Part shown: positions 45,801-59,232 of the stretch, one piece after another
Layout: each line of letters opens with the position of its first letter
Numbering within the stretch: position 1 is the first letter of the stretch
DNA from: Chlorokybus atmophyticus
Taxonomy: Eukaryota > Plantae > Mesostigma and Chlorokybus algae
Length of the DNA stretch: 64,000 nucleotides
Reading direction: 5' to 3'
Assembly: GCA_009103225.1 (NCBI GenBank)
Contig: RHPI01002264.1
Location: forward strand, 37,633 to 101,632
Notes under the pieces: generated by a model
Database searches by the model: none
Told to the model about the DNA's origin: nothing
Seen by the model: the letters and a program-made list of their open reading frames with translations, nothing else
Program-made: the position numbers and the translations under genes

Positions 45801-47250
45801 TGTACGCTCCAACGGCTGGCAGCTGCTGGCTGCTCTCTGGTACAATGGAAACAGCAGCTGTTGCAGAGATGGACACCGACCCGTGAGCAAACGCTGCTGA
45901 AGCAGAATGCACCTCGCAGCCCACCACGCGCTCGTGGACAGCTCGTCGCGCCCGCTGCCGCCACCAATTGCTTGCTGCAGCAACTCAGGGCTGAATCCTT
46001 GCACCTCGACCAGCAGTTCCCGAGCCAAAACCAAGTACTGCACCAACCGATGCACTCCGTTACTGCACAATCAGTTTACTCGCACACGATATCTGTAACT
46101 GCAAATGCTGCCAAGTACCGGAAGGAGTGAGCTTTTGCCAACCAAGTCTTCCCCATCCACGCAAACCTGCGCTTTAGCATGTCAAGCAAGCAGGCATTGA
46201 ACAAGCATACAGCTATAGGAGTTACCGGGGGCTACCTGCGAGCGTGCCCATCCTTCCCACACTGCACCATCTTGACCACCAACAGTGTTGCTGGAGAGAT
46301 GTACGGCACTACCAACAACGTCATTCAACCGGGCCAAATCTGGTTCCGCAAAAAGAGGCCTGCATGTAACAAAGTTGAGATAAACTTTCTTACATGCATG
46401 CGTGTGCATGAGTTCAACACACGCACGCACGCACGCATGCAAGGAAGTCATCAATACCACGCGCATGCGTGTGTGCATGTGTTCAACGTACGCGTGCACG
46501 CATGCATGCGTATGTGCATGCAAAGTGCGCTTGTGTAGGAGAATGCCAGCATGCTTACCCTGTCACGTTTGCCTGTGTTGCAATGGAAAGAGCAGCTGCC
46601 CCCGCACTGAGTACAGAGAGACAGCGCCATGCGTGCTGCGTGCTTTCGCCTTCAGCAAGGTACTCAGCGACGGCCTGCCTTAGTGCTGATATAAATCCCC
46701 CTGCAGTTACATGCGTTCAGTCCTGTGCTTCTCTTTCTTGCAACTGTGCTGCATACATGAAAAATGCTTGCGGTACTATACTTCACACATGACTTGAGTG
46801 TTCTTTGAGTGCAGCTGGATCCAGCTGTCAGTATAGTCGCTTGCTTGTCCTGGTTGTGAAATCAAACAGGCAACGAAAATATGCTTGAGGCACGCAATCT
46901 ACTAGGGACCTGTTCTGTAAGTCTATGTGCACATACTACTTGCGCGCTATGCACAAACCTGGCGCCGAAGCCTCAAGCATTGCTGAAGAGGCAAAGGGGG
47001 CGGCCCGCAAGGCGTCCACGTAGGCGCCTGCGGCCACCTTGTCCACCAGCAGCCGCGCGGCGGCACTAGCGCCGCCCAGCTCCATAGAGCCTTGCTGCAG
47101 CTTGCCATCCCGGCGTAGCGTCGCCGACGCCTCTGGGCCAAGAGACGTCAACAGAAGCCGCTGCTCATGCCAAGCAACCGCCCCCATGCTCACCTGCACG
47201 CCGACGTCCTCGACCTCCACCTCCACCTCCGCTGCGTTGTTGCTGTCCAC
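42874..47250 (-). CDS. TTC27: Tetratricopeptide repeat protein 27 homologue, multi-exon (start uncertain: ATG 47187 or upstream)
   Basis: LQLTGALGFRT, RERSRTRERALLQL, IFELLELWDNLIECY, INPLYPDVWFSLGYAAL, EPDNGEAWNNIAAV, ARMHLRSVLKQ. Confidence 0.88.
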
Positions 47251-47305
47251 TGCACAACCCTAAAGCTTGTGCGCTGGGCACAAAAGTTGTGCGCCATTGC
47301 ACAAG

Positions 47306-47356
47306 ATTTGGCGCCAAATGTGCACAGCCCTAGTTTTTGAATTGTGCCACGTGGCA
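47306..47356. promoter_or_regulatory. Palindromic E2F-like site and G-box in the TTC27/CEP135 bidirectional promoter
   Basis: ATTTGGCGCCAAAT (47306-47319) and TGCCACGTGGCA (47345-47356). Confidence 0.5.
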
Positions 47357-47389
47357 ACTTCGCAACTAGCGGCGGGGGAGGCGGCCGCC

Positions 47390-48950
47390 ATGGTGGCGGA
47401 GCACCACGAAGAGCAGCCAGCGGCAGGCGCTCGGCTGGCCACCCTCCGACGCAAGCTCAACGCGCTGGGAATTGGCCCCGCGGAGACGCTTGATCCCAAA
47501 AGCCTGCCCCTCGCTGAGCGCCTTACGGACGACCTGGTTAAGGCGGCAGATGGCTACAGGCATGTGTAGCATGCGTGCATTCAAGCAATCACAAATTGAG
47601 TTACATTGTTACGTACAGGCAGTCAAGTCTTCTTCTCACGTATACTAGGTTCAGTGCCACGGAAGAAAGCTCACGTAGCATTTGTCACAGTGAACAGCAG
47701 TGCCTGGTTCAGAGCAACTGTCTGCACTATTCGCTTTTGCTTTTATGTTCGCTTTTGGGACAGAACGCAGAATCCTCATGCTTGGGCTGTCGTTCGTTAC
47801 GACCAGACTTGTAGTACCAATTCTTGCGCACAATAAGCTGAAGAGAGGCAACATCAGCAGCATTGACAGCTTTACACACAGTTCTGCAAAGTTGTAAACA
47901 CCTATCACTTTTAGGGCGGCGAAGGGGAGGGGAGACAGTTTGCAGCGCGCATTGTTAGCGCAGACTGTGAAGAGCGAGGCGTTGCAGCGCGAGAATGCGC
48001 GGCTGCTTCAGGAGCATGGTCAGCTGCATGTACGCGCGATCCGCGAGGCCGAGGCGGCTGACGTGCGCGTCACAGAAGCCGATGCTGCAGTCCATCGCAT
48101 CCAAGCTGAGCTTGCCGAAGCCCGGTTCTGGCGCGGTGAAGCCAATGCGAAGATCAAAGAACTCACGGACACCAATGCACAGCTCAGGCAACGGGTGGCT
48201 GAGATGGAGAGGACGCTTTCTCAGGGACCCAAAGGTACGAGTGCACTTGCTTGCAGCAAAATGGTCTTGATGCGTTCAGTCTTCAACTGAAGGCATGGCC
48301 ATGATTGCAACTATCTGATGGTCATTATGTGAGAGGATAGGCATGCAACATGTGGATGCACGTGCGCATATATGTACACATGTGTTGGTCTGATTGTCGA
48401 GTGGGGTGTGGGGTATCTTGTTGTCNNNNNNNNNNNNNNNNNNNNNNNNNNNNNNNNNNNNNNNNNNNNNNNNNNNNNNNNNNNNNNNNNNNNNNNNNNN
48501 NNNNNNNNNNNNNNNNNNNNNNNNNNNNNNNNNNNNNNNNNNNNNNNNNNNNNNNNNNNNNNNNNNNNNNNNNNNNNNNNNNNNNNNNNNNNNNNNNNNN
48601 NNNNNNNNNNNNNNNNNNNNNNNNNNNNNNNNNNNNNNNNNNNNNNGCTGCATGTGCACACGCATGTATGGCTTACCACGATTGGTTTCAGAGTGTTGCA
48701 TGGTTTATCATGGTTCGCCAATTGCAGGCTTTGGTGGTGAGCAAGTTAAGAACAGGGAGTCTGCAAGAATTGCCCTTGTCAGTCAAGCAGGTGACACCAT
48801 GTCTGCTACTCGTAACTGGGTGGGTGCACAGCGTACAGTACTGGCAACTTGACACCTGTCAATGCAGATCAATGCGCACCACGAAGCATGCAGTTGACAC
48901 TGGCGGAAGTCAAAGCAGCGGATGTCACCCGGTTTGTGACTCGCATTATA

Positions 48951-48985
<35 letters not shown>

Positions 48986-51900
48986 CGTGCAGTTTCTCAC
49001 CACAAACTCACGCACAACCCTCGCAGGATTGGACAAGAGCGTATTGCGCAACTAGAGTCCGAGCTGCATGCATGTCAAACCCAGCACGAGGAAGATGCAA
49101 AGCAGTTCACGTCTCTTCAGGTTTGGTCGCTGATGTGTGGAGCATTCATGGTTTGCTCATCATCACTCACCACACACAATGCCTTTCATTCGTCTACAGG
49201 CGCAGTTGGTGGCAAGGGATGCTGAGATCCAACGCGTGCTCAGCCTGTTGGAAACCGGACGGGACATGAAAGGGCTTACATCTGGTAATTTGCTGGAATG
49301 ACTGCAATAGCAACAGTTGAATGCATTGCGTCTTTGTGTATCAGGCTTTCATTGTCAAAGTTTCATTGTGGGCAGAGTATCAAGCACAGGAGAGTGAGCG
49401 CATCATTGCTTCACTCAATGAGCAGCTGGATGTGCTGACGGTTCGCCTGCATGCGCTTGAAGCGGTATGCACTTTGATGTGTGCTTGCTTATCTGTCAAT
49501 GGTGGTATAGCAATTTCTGACTGCGCTCCTGCGTGTCCAACTTAGGATGCTAGTGAGAAGAAACGACTGGAGGCAGCCCTCAAGATTGTTGAAGCTGAGA
49601 AAGCTGATATATTGGAGCAGCTGAAGCATAATGAGGTGCATAGTCCTCGGATGTTGTTGCCATGCCAGTATCTGCTGAGAGATACTGCATGTTGACTCAA
49701 CATGCATGTGGTCGCTGACCATATGGATGATGCCCTGTGAACAGTTGGACGCTCTACCAAGCATGCAACCACTTGCGCAGAGCGACGAGAACATTAGCAG
49801 TGACCAGTACGTGAATTATGAACATAGCGGCTCCAATGCAATTATTGCTGACTTGTTCTGTATGCCAAACTTGTTTGTCCAACAGGGTTTCAGCAACTGC
49901 GCTGTCACAAGTGGTGCGGTTGCAAAGGTACCGTATCGACCTGACCGATTGCATGCAATCTTTGCCTCGTGTCATCAGCGTGCCTGGCAGGGAGCTCGTG
50001 CAGAGCCTGCAAGATGCTGAGGCGCTGAGGAAAAGCCGCACTGCAATGGAAGCGGAGGTGAACGTCTTGCGGTCACAGCTAGATGAGGCAAGGTCACAAG
50101 CAACAGCAGTGAACAGCAAGCTCAGGGCTGCGCAGCAGTCACAGGTAAATACAGTTGCTGTTCATTCAGTAAAAGATCAAGATAAGGTTTTTTACAACCA
50201 AACCTTGCATCAAGACATTGAGCATATGCACTGTCGTATGCAGGAGAGCAAGGATGAGGAGTTAAGCAAACGGCAGGAAGAAGTCAAGTCTCTACACACC
50301 TTGTTGGCTACCAGAGCAGAAGACTTGCAGAAGGCGAATGCAAGGGTGACAAAGTGCACCTTGATTCTTGTCTAACAGCATCGTATACGGCTGTTGTAGT
50401 TTACTGACTTTGCCTTGTTGCAAAGGTAAATGAACTCGTGGAGGACATTCAGCAGCACTGTGCAATGGTTGCCAGGTTGCAACAAGAAGGCGCATTCAAG
50501 GAAGAGCGAATAGGCGATCTGACTGCCGCTGTTGTGAGCCTTAAAGAAGCCTTGCAAGAGAGAGATTCAGCGAACAGCAGTGTCACATCATGCTTGGTAC
50601 TACTGGTGCAACCATGTCCACATCGGTAGTTGCAGATGGCATTTTCTGACTCTTGGAGCTACACATCCTAGGTGCATGCAAGGGAGGACATCGCGCGGTT
50701 GGAAGCTCTGCTTGCAGCAGTGGAGGCAGACAGGACAGAGCTCATGCATCAGGGCGAAGACAATGCAGAAGTGTGTAAATGCACGCAGTGCACTCTGCTT
50801 GTGTAGACAGCAACAGCATTTAACACTTCCTGTGCTGCAGGCCAAAGCGCGCGCTGCTGCTGCGATGCAATCATTACAAGAAGAGCGCAACCGCCTTCAA
50901 CGCCAATGCAACAACCTGGTATGTGCCACACTATGCGCAGGAATGCACAAGGATAGGAGTGTGGCTAGTATGCTTTAATGTCGAAGCAAGTAGCTTGCGT
51001 TTGGACATCTAAGCTGCTGAACTCTAGGAAGAGGCCATCAAGAGTGCCCGTGCCCGCACCGAAGAATTGCAGGAAGCAAAGTCACTTCTAGATATAGAGC
51101 ACTCCAAGGTGCGTGTGCTCGGGTACTTGAACTTTGTGGAGGTCACTGGTTGTAGCATGGAGCATGCCATCCCGTGCGCTATCTGATGGTCAGTATCCTA
51201 TTGAGTACTAATCACCCATTGCAGATGCGCAGTGCACTGGAAGCTGCCAACAGAGAACATGTAGTGGTGGTGGAGGAGGTGCAAAGCAAAACAGCACAGG
51301 TAGTGCATGCATAGCCGTGCATAGCCCTTAACTGTGTGCAACCCTGTGACCTCATTGCCTCATGGATTGCAGCTGGCAGAGGCTGAGGCCCAGTGTAGAG
51401 CACTTGCCCTGGAGGCGGACAAGAAGTCAGGGCTGCAACTCAAGCTGCAAAGCATGCAAGAGGAGCTGACCACTTTGCGCCAGCGATGCGAGACGTTATC
51501 AAGCGCGAAAGGCCAGCTTAACACGGAGTTGGTGAAAGCCGTTGACGAGTGTGGGGCGCTCAAAATTCAGTTGCAAGCACTTGAGAGGCAAGCAAAGACT
51601 AGCGGTAATGAGGTGGACCGTCTTACACTCCAAACAGAGGTTGGTGGTTGATGGTCATCAAAGTGAATGCTTCATTGAATGCTTCAAGCCCAACTCTGGT
51701 AACATATGCGTCATGCTTGTGACAGGAGTTGGAGCATCAGCTTGCATCTGCACGCACTTCTGCCATGGCGCTACACTCCGAGCGCGATAGTTTGCAAGCA
51801 TCACTCAACAGGGTACCAACTCAGTGCTCCACATGATGCTAACAATGGCAGATGCCCAGTAGATGTGGATCTGTGACTATCCATGCAGGTCAGCGCGGAG

Positions 51901-54900
51901 CTTAGACAGACTCGCAGCGCTCAGCAGGAAGCTGCGCTGGCAGCCAATGCCAAAACCACAGCTCTGTCGAAGGTGAGAAAGCCTAACTTATGCATATCGA
52001 CCTGCACACAAGGTCGTCATACCAACAAGCAGTAGGTGAAAACAGGTGGAGCGGCGATGCACTTTCCTTGAGAACAGGGCAAAGGAGTTGGCAGAGCAGC
52101 TGCAGGACGCGCAGAACCAACTGCAGCAAACCCAGGAGGTCTGAGCTGCTGTTGCAACGGAGACGCAGTGTGTTTTGCACACGGAAGCTGAGTTGTTGTT
52201 ATACACAAGCATTTGCAAACCAAGCCACACGCATGTACAGGCTCTCAGAAATGTCGCTGTGCAAGAAGAGGCATTGCGCCAAGAGAAGGCCGCACTGCTG
52301 TAAGTCACAGGCTTCTGTTCATGCGTTTACAAAAGTGAACACCATGTTTCTTTGGTGTGCAGACGCGAAATACAATCTGTCCAAACTGAATGCGAACAGA
52401 TGCGGGAGGAGCAGGCAAGCTGCGCTGACATACAGAACAAGGACCGCGCTAACGCCGCTGCTGCCGCCTCAGAGCTTCAAAACTGCAGGTAGTGCTCATG
52501 ATGAAGCGTGATAAGGTAAGCTTCACAAGCTGAACGTTGAGTACGCATTGTCAGAGCAAAGCTGGCAGAAAGGGAGAAGGAGGTTGAGAGCCTCAAAGGC
52601 CTTGTGTCCAAGCTAGACAAAGCCCGCAATGACATGGTACATTTGACACGCATGGTTGGCCACCTGCTTGCTGCAGTTTCTTTGTTTGTCATCATGTGTC
52701 CCGACAGGCAGAGAAACAAAGGACCACAGCGGCAAAGTTGAAGTTGATGGAAGAGAAGGTCGCTGAGGTGCAAAAGGAGGTAACTTCTGCGCGCGAGGGC
52801 GAACAGGAGAGGCGCAATGAGGTGGCGCATCTGAGAGGAGTTGTGCGCGCACTGGATGAAGAGCGGGACCGCATGCAGGCAGAGGTACGTGGCAGGCCTT
52901 CTTTTGATGGAACGAGGACATGTTGCTGTGTAGGTATTCACGGCAGGCGAGTGTCTTGCAGCTCACTTTGTTTACCTGCAGCTGGACAGCAGAGCAGAAG
53001 AAGCACTTGCGTTGCGCCGCACGTCTCAGGCGCTGCAATTGCGGACAGAAGAGCTTGGCAGCATTCTGGCCACTGCTGAGGGCCGCATTGAGTCACTCCG
53101 AGCACAAGCGCAGCAATCCACAGCTGAGGTAATTTACTGCTGTTGTGCTTGCTGTGCGCTTGCTATTCTGCAAATATAGCAGGCGCCTCACAGTGGTGAT
53201 TAGGCAACAAGTGCGTTGGAAAGAGTGAGGCGACACGAGGAGATAGAGGCTGCTCTTCATGCTGATCTCCAATCAAAGGTAGTGCATGTTGTTGCACATG
53301 CCAACGGCATGGCATGAACATATGTGACTGTGCAGAAAGGAGAGCTGCAAGCGGTCGCTGAGGATCTGGCTACAATGACGCGCGAGCAGCAGGTTGTCCT
53401 ATTGCCAATGTTTGCCCACGCTTTGTGCAATGTGTGGGCATGTTTGACATTTGTGTGGTGTGCTTAGGCCAAGAACAGCGAGCTGCTACATGTGGCTGCA
53501 GAGCGCAATGCAGCTGTCAATGACCTGCGGGAAGTTATGAACAACCTCGCAAGTTGTGAACAGGTGTGTGCTTGCGACTGAACGTGTCAAAAAGTGCATG
53601 GCCAATTTACGCATGGTGTATGCACAGCTTGTTGTGGCCAAGGAAAAGGAGCTGGAGGGCTTCCTGGGTGTGTATCATAATTTAGAGCAGGAGCATGCAC
53701 ATGTGACAGAGACTTTGCATCAATGCATGCAGCAGGTTGGTGCAAGGGCATGCCAATGCTTCCCCTGCCATTGTCTCTTTTCCGCACAACCTGGTACTTA
53801 CAACAACAGCGTCGCTGCATTGCAGTCTCAGGACCAAAGAGCTGCTTCTGGCAACCTTGCGGAGACACTCCACTACTATGAGAATCATGCAAGGGCCTTG
53901 GAAGAAGAGAACACTCGCTTGGCGATACACCTGCAGGTCTGTCACATGTTGGCACCTGTCTGGCAGGCAGTGGGCTTTTTATACCAAAACATATGCTCAC
54001 TCCATTGCATTCAACCCGACACCTGCTTTAGGAGTATGAGGTGCGCGTAGACACCCTGACAAGGGAATCACAGGCCGCCATTGCGGCCAGTGAGCGCCAG
54101 ACAACTGAGTGCGCGACCCTGAGGCAACAACTTCAGGTATGAGGGTGCATGCGCGTGGTAGGTGGCCCCATACACAGCTTCATCAATGGAGAGGTATGCA
54201 ACAGGTGGCACAGCGTGCATCAACGGAACTGGACAGGAAGCTCAAGGCAACGCAGCGTGACCTTGCTGCGGCTGAAGCGGGGGTGCGGATGTTGCGGTCG
54301 CAAACCGCTCAGGCTCAACAAGTATGTTCGGTGTTGAGTATGGTGTATGCTGGCCATTGATTGCACCGCCAATACACCTCTTTTGGCCGCCTGTGTATGC
54401 AGGCTCAAGAGGTGGAGGCAGAGACGAGTGCTCTGCATCAGGCGCGCGCATCCGAGCTTGAGGGTCTGCTCAATAGCATGCGCATGGCTCAGCTCACAGT
54501 GAGCAGCAGCAGCACAGATGCTGGGAGTGCCAAGGACGGGCGCACGGTACTCACATCAGTCATGACAGTGTTATTGCCCTGGGCAGCATGCAAACGGCTC
54601 CCTAACCCTTTTAGGCGTGTGCGTAGGAGGACGTGGTGGCACTACGTGCAGAGCGCGAAATGCTTGCAGCCGAAGTTGTGAAGTTACAGCGCCAGCTGGC
54701 AGAGGTGCGGCTTGGCTGTTGAAGCGTTATTCCAGCATTTGGATTGTGGGCACTCATCTGGAGTATGCCTTGCAGGGGGGCGGCAGTGAGATTGCCAGCA
54801 CGTCGCAGCGCGTGGCTGAGATAGAACAGCGCTATGCTGCTGCAGCTTGGAAACAGGTTTGCACTTGCAAAGCATTTGAATTGCATCTGAGGGTGGTAAG

Positions 54901-55745
54901 GATGTTTTCACTTTATACTTGTTGCTGCAGGAGGCCGCAATCACTCAGCTGAGAGATGACCTGCAGGCAGCCAACAAGAAGCTGGCATTTGCACAGGTAT
55001 GATGCTGAAGGCAGTGGCTCAGATTTGTTCGCGAGCAAGCCACACAGCCTGTGTTTGTGACTGCAGACGCGAGCACAAGAAGCGCACAACCAACTCAGCG
55101 CTGCACACGCACAACTTGAGCAGAGCATTGCGACTGCAAACGCTCTGCGAGCGGAGTATGAGGCAATGCACCGAAAGTGAGTGAGTCTGCATGCTGAGTA
55201 GAGCATAGCATAGGCAACAATGAGCATTCAACACTCACAGTTGCATGGACATACCAGCAATGTGGGACTGTGGTCGCATTGCGCAGGTACAAGGAGTTGC
55301 GAACAGACAACAAGCAAATGCTGGATCTGATGGCAAAGGTACAGCAAGCTTATACCACATGTTGATAAAGCACTGACTACACCGATTGTTGATCTGATGT
55401 GCTATGCTTCGCAGCTTGATGGTGATAGGACTGCCCTGCACAGGGAGAATGCCGAGCTCAATGCCAGATGTGAGGATGTGAAGGGCGCATTAGATGACGC
55501 AATGCGTGGAGGGTCTGCGGTAAGCGATTGTTGCCAAAACACCCGCATGAACATGACAGAGTATAGACATGGCAGAGCTAAAGTCTTTACACCTCGTTGT
55601 TCAGAGGGAGGGGTGGGCGGAAAGAAGGTGCGCTGAGCTGTTGACAGAGTTGGAGCGCAGCGAGCAAGAGCGTGTGGCGGCGGAAAAGCACTTTGAGGCG
55701 CTCGTAGAAGAGGTAGAAGTGCTGAAGACCTCAAGCAGACAGTAA
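47390..55745 (+). CDS. CEP135: Centriolar coiled-coil protein CEP135/BLD10 homologue, more than 25 exons
   Basis: N-terminus LRRKLNALG...LDPKSLPLAERLTDDLV...ENARLLQEHGQLH parallels the CEP135 N-terminus, followed by long heptad-rich exons ending in TAA at 55743-55745. Confidence 0.82.
48426..48646. other. Assembly gap (221 N)
   Basis: Run of N inside a CEP135 intron. Confidence 1.
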
Positions 55746-56440
55746 TGTGATTGCAGTTGCGGCCCTGACATTGCCCATTGCTTTACATGTGTTATTGTAA
55801 TAATAACGGCGGGTGTGGTTATTAATGGCACGGCATCCACAACGATGCACATACTACCATGCGCACAATGGGGCCCTAGGTTGCAACATCACGGATGACC
55901 CGCAAAAGAATGCTAGCGGCAACTTCTATGCATTGTCCAACCACCAGCTACTCAAAGGCATGGATGGGGAATACAAAGGCAGGCGTAGGTCCACAATGAC
56001 CAAGCAGCTACTGCTTGCAGTAACCTAGATTAACTATACGCTCTGGTTGACCTCTGGAAGTGCCTGGTTAGCCTGCAAAAGTATGCAAGGTTTGGCCTGG
56101 GCCTGGGCCTTCTGCAGCACGTGTTGCCAAGCTGTGCTTGTGTCCCGCGTGCCCCTGCATTCGGCAGTTGTGTCGATATCCCATCATAATGCGCATTGCA
56201 ACCACTTTCTACAAGCTTGACGCCAGCTAGACTGAACAGCTGCCACTACAAGTGCCACTGGCCTAGACACATCATGAAAGGATGCACCACAACTGAAGAC
56301 CTTGCCCAAGCTATGCAACACCTACCACTATATATCCTGTACATGAGCATATGCCACGCGCATTGTATGTACACTATGAACAACAAAACAAACTGTTTAC
56401 ACATGTACACATCCTATACACGCGCACACGAAGGCGCAGC

Positions 56441-58373
56441 CTATATGCATCTGTGGCGGTTGCAGAGGATGCGCTTGTCAGCGTCAAAGCGATTGACGCA
56501 GCACAATTTGCACATATTCACTGCACACTTTACTGCAGGTTTTACTCCGCAAAGGCACGTGCTCTTCGGCCCAATATCCTCAAGCATCATCCGCTTCTTC
56601 TCCCTATTCCTCTGCTGCCGTGCATGTATTGGGGCCTCCTGCAGCTCGCGCCTCCACTCGACTCGCCATGGTGTGTAAAACATGCATTCCTCATCATCTG
56701 CATGGTGGCTCACCTGCCAGGTTGCTACACATCAGACACATGATGTAAATCTGTTGTTCTACAGCGCAAAAAGCTGCCACAACATCCACAACAGACGACA
56801 TTGTCAGCGGCACACTACGTCAAGGGTCGCCTTAAAGGGTGTACGCCCTATAAATACAACTGTCACACCTTGCCAGATGATGCATGATCAACAATGACAA
56901 CAAGCACATTGATCCAACATACACAGCATTCCCGGCCTGCCTTGCACCGCGTGCATAGGTGATGAATTGCTGATGTGCAAGGCATTGCATCCAACATCAC
57001 CTCTCCACAAGTGAGGCAGTACACGGACGTCTGGTCCTGCAGCAGTTTCCACAGCCGATCCTGCAGCAGAGCTTGTGCTCGCAAACCAAGCTCGCTTCCC
57101 TTCTGAACATGAAGCTGCAAAGTCACCCTCAACTCCGTAGCCGCGTCCACAAGACTCCGTCGCCACAGGCTTGGCAACCGATGTGACGGCCAATTGAGAG
57201 CAAACCTGCCCAAACAACGCAATAACATTGCACTGTCAACTTTGAGTGCGTTTGACTGTACACAACAATAGCAGGTACATTGCGTGCTTCCCTGCGTAAA
57301 TGAATGCCAGGTTCCACACATGCTCACAGGCATGCACACGTGGGCACATGGATGAGTGTCTGCAAGAGCATATGCACTTACGTTTGTGCATGTGCATATG
57401 CACGAGTGCACATTCACGTGCGTGTGCATGTGCATGCATGTGTGCAGGCAAGCTTAACTACATACAGTCAATGAAGGCCATGTTGGCTGCAAACACCAGA
57501 TATGCAAACGTGCATGCATGCCCACCTTGCCTTGTCTCTGTCCATAGCATTACAATGACAATCGTCCTCTGCGGCTGCCCACACCTCATCCGAACCATCA
57601 CTGTCATTTGCATCATCACTGTCATCCGCATTAACGCCAACCGCCACCAAGTTACTGTAGTCGTGAAACCCTCGCCATGCGCCCCCTGCAATATGACAGT
57701 CTTCTGCGCCGAGGAAGGCCTGCATCACGTTGTCTACGCTGCTGGACGCTATGTCTTCAGTGGAGTCACCAAGTGCAATGACATTGCAAAGACTTGGCCC
57801 TGCGCAAGTCGAAGTTTACAATAAGCTGCCAATGAGGAAGAAGTAATCACGACAGCAGAAAGTACAGCACGATATTGCTTATGCTTGCTTGAATTGCTGG
57901 ATATACTGTGCACGCCTTTGGACCAGATTGTGCACGCTTTTTCTCAACTTTTGCAAATGCATTGTCTGAACTTGAGCGGTGAAATGCTCGCCAACGTATG
58001 GGATGACGTGCACCACAACGACAATGACAACTCCTTACCCACTCCAGGGTTGCATGTTCGCTTAGACCCCAAACCCACCTGCGTTCAGCCGCAGGAGGCT
58101 AGGTGGCAGCACCTTGGCCCAGCGCAGCGCTGGGGAGGCCGCCCAGCCCGCGGCGGCGAGACCGGGCGGAAGGGCATGAATGAAGCGGAGCTCCTCCCCT
58201 GCAGCAAGCTCACAGTCACTACCATCGGCATCATTAAGATCATGGCCGTCCCTTCCTCCACCTCCTCGACCCTTTCCTCCTTACTCACCGAGGGGCAGGT
58301 GCTCGCCGATGATGCGCAGCAGCTCAGGCGGCAAGGCGGCCGTCTGGCCAGGAAGCGACATCCCCGACGGCAT
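56441..58373 (-). CDS. F-box-like N-terminus plus Cys-rich C-terminal zinc-finger protein (copy 1, apparently intact, about 5 exons)
   Basis: ALPPELLRIIGEHL; internal CLTC...CTRC; C-terminal CLCGVKPAVKCAVNMCKLCC...CNRH. Exons can be joined in frame with GT-AG introns. Confidence 0.62.
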
Positions 58374-58444
58374 GGCGCCCACCGCCGCCGCCGCCGCCGA
58401 GCGTCGCGATGAGGGTATGTTTGGTTGTTGCGTGCTACCAGCTG

Positions 58445-58494
58445 GAACGCTTGAACTGCTTGAACGCTTGAACGCTTGAACTTGAACGTTTGAA
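58445..58494. repeat. Tandem GAACGCTT-like 6-8-mer array
   Basis: gaacgcttgaactgcttgaacgcttgaacgcttgaacttgaacgtttgaa, upstream of copy 1. Confidence 0.85.
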
Positions 58495-59232
58495 TAAGGC
58501 AACCTGGCAGCCCACGTCGTCGCCGGAAGAGATGCGAGAATGGCGGGGAAGTGCAGAAAGTTTGAAATTGTCACGTCAAGCACAGTTGCAGTCTACTCAC
58601 TGTAGGCCTACTGGGTAAGCTTGGCTTACAACTCGTGAGGCTACAGGGCGTAGCGAGTCACTGCTTCTACAAGTAGTGACCAGCAACTACTCCGGACGAG
58701 TGGCTACAGAATGTACAAGAGAAAATATGCTAGAATATGTGCAACCACCATGTAGGTGCCATGTTGTAGACTCACCAATCGATGTGGTTTACTAAAGGGC
58801 TAGGCCTAATGTAAAGTTATGGCCTCGGCCGTGGAGAATCTCTCATCGCGGCTTGAGGCGCGAGAACTCAAAGAGGGGTGGTGGCAAACAACCGGTCCAT
58901 GTGCTGCAGGCATAACTTGCGACAGGAGCACCACCGCCACCAAGTGCGTCATCGTTGCTCCCTCGCGCCCGACACATCAACACCACAACATCAAACTGCA
59001 CATTGTAACCCATACCACTAAAGTTGCTGGCACGAATTGGACTGCACAGCAAGTGCCACTGGGCTGGTCTGGACACATCATCAGGAAAGAAGTAGTACCA
59101 CATCTGAACACATTGATTGACACTTGTGCAACACTAACCACAGTCTCCTGTAAACTGCTGTACACAATAAGACCGACTTGCTATGTATGCTACGTATGTA
59201 CACAATTTTAGACGCACACGCAGCCCACAGGC

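Noticed and set aside
48276-49225. ORFs running through the N run
   Set aside because: Artefacts of the assembly gap.
58445-58494. CRISPR-like or heat-shock-element interpretation of the short repeats
   Set aside because: No unique spacers, a eukaryotic context, and no alternating GAA/TTC pentamers.
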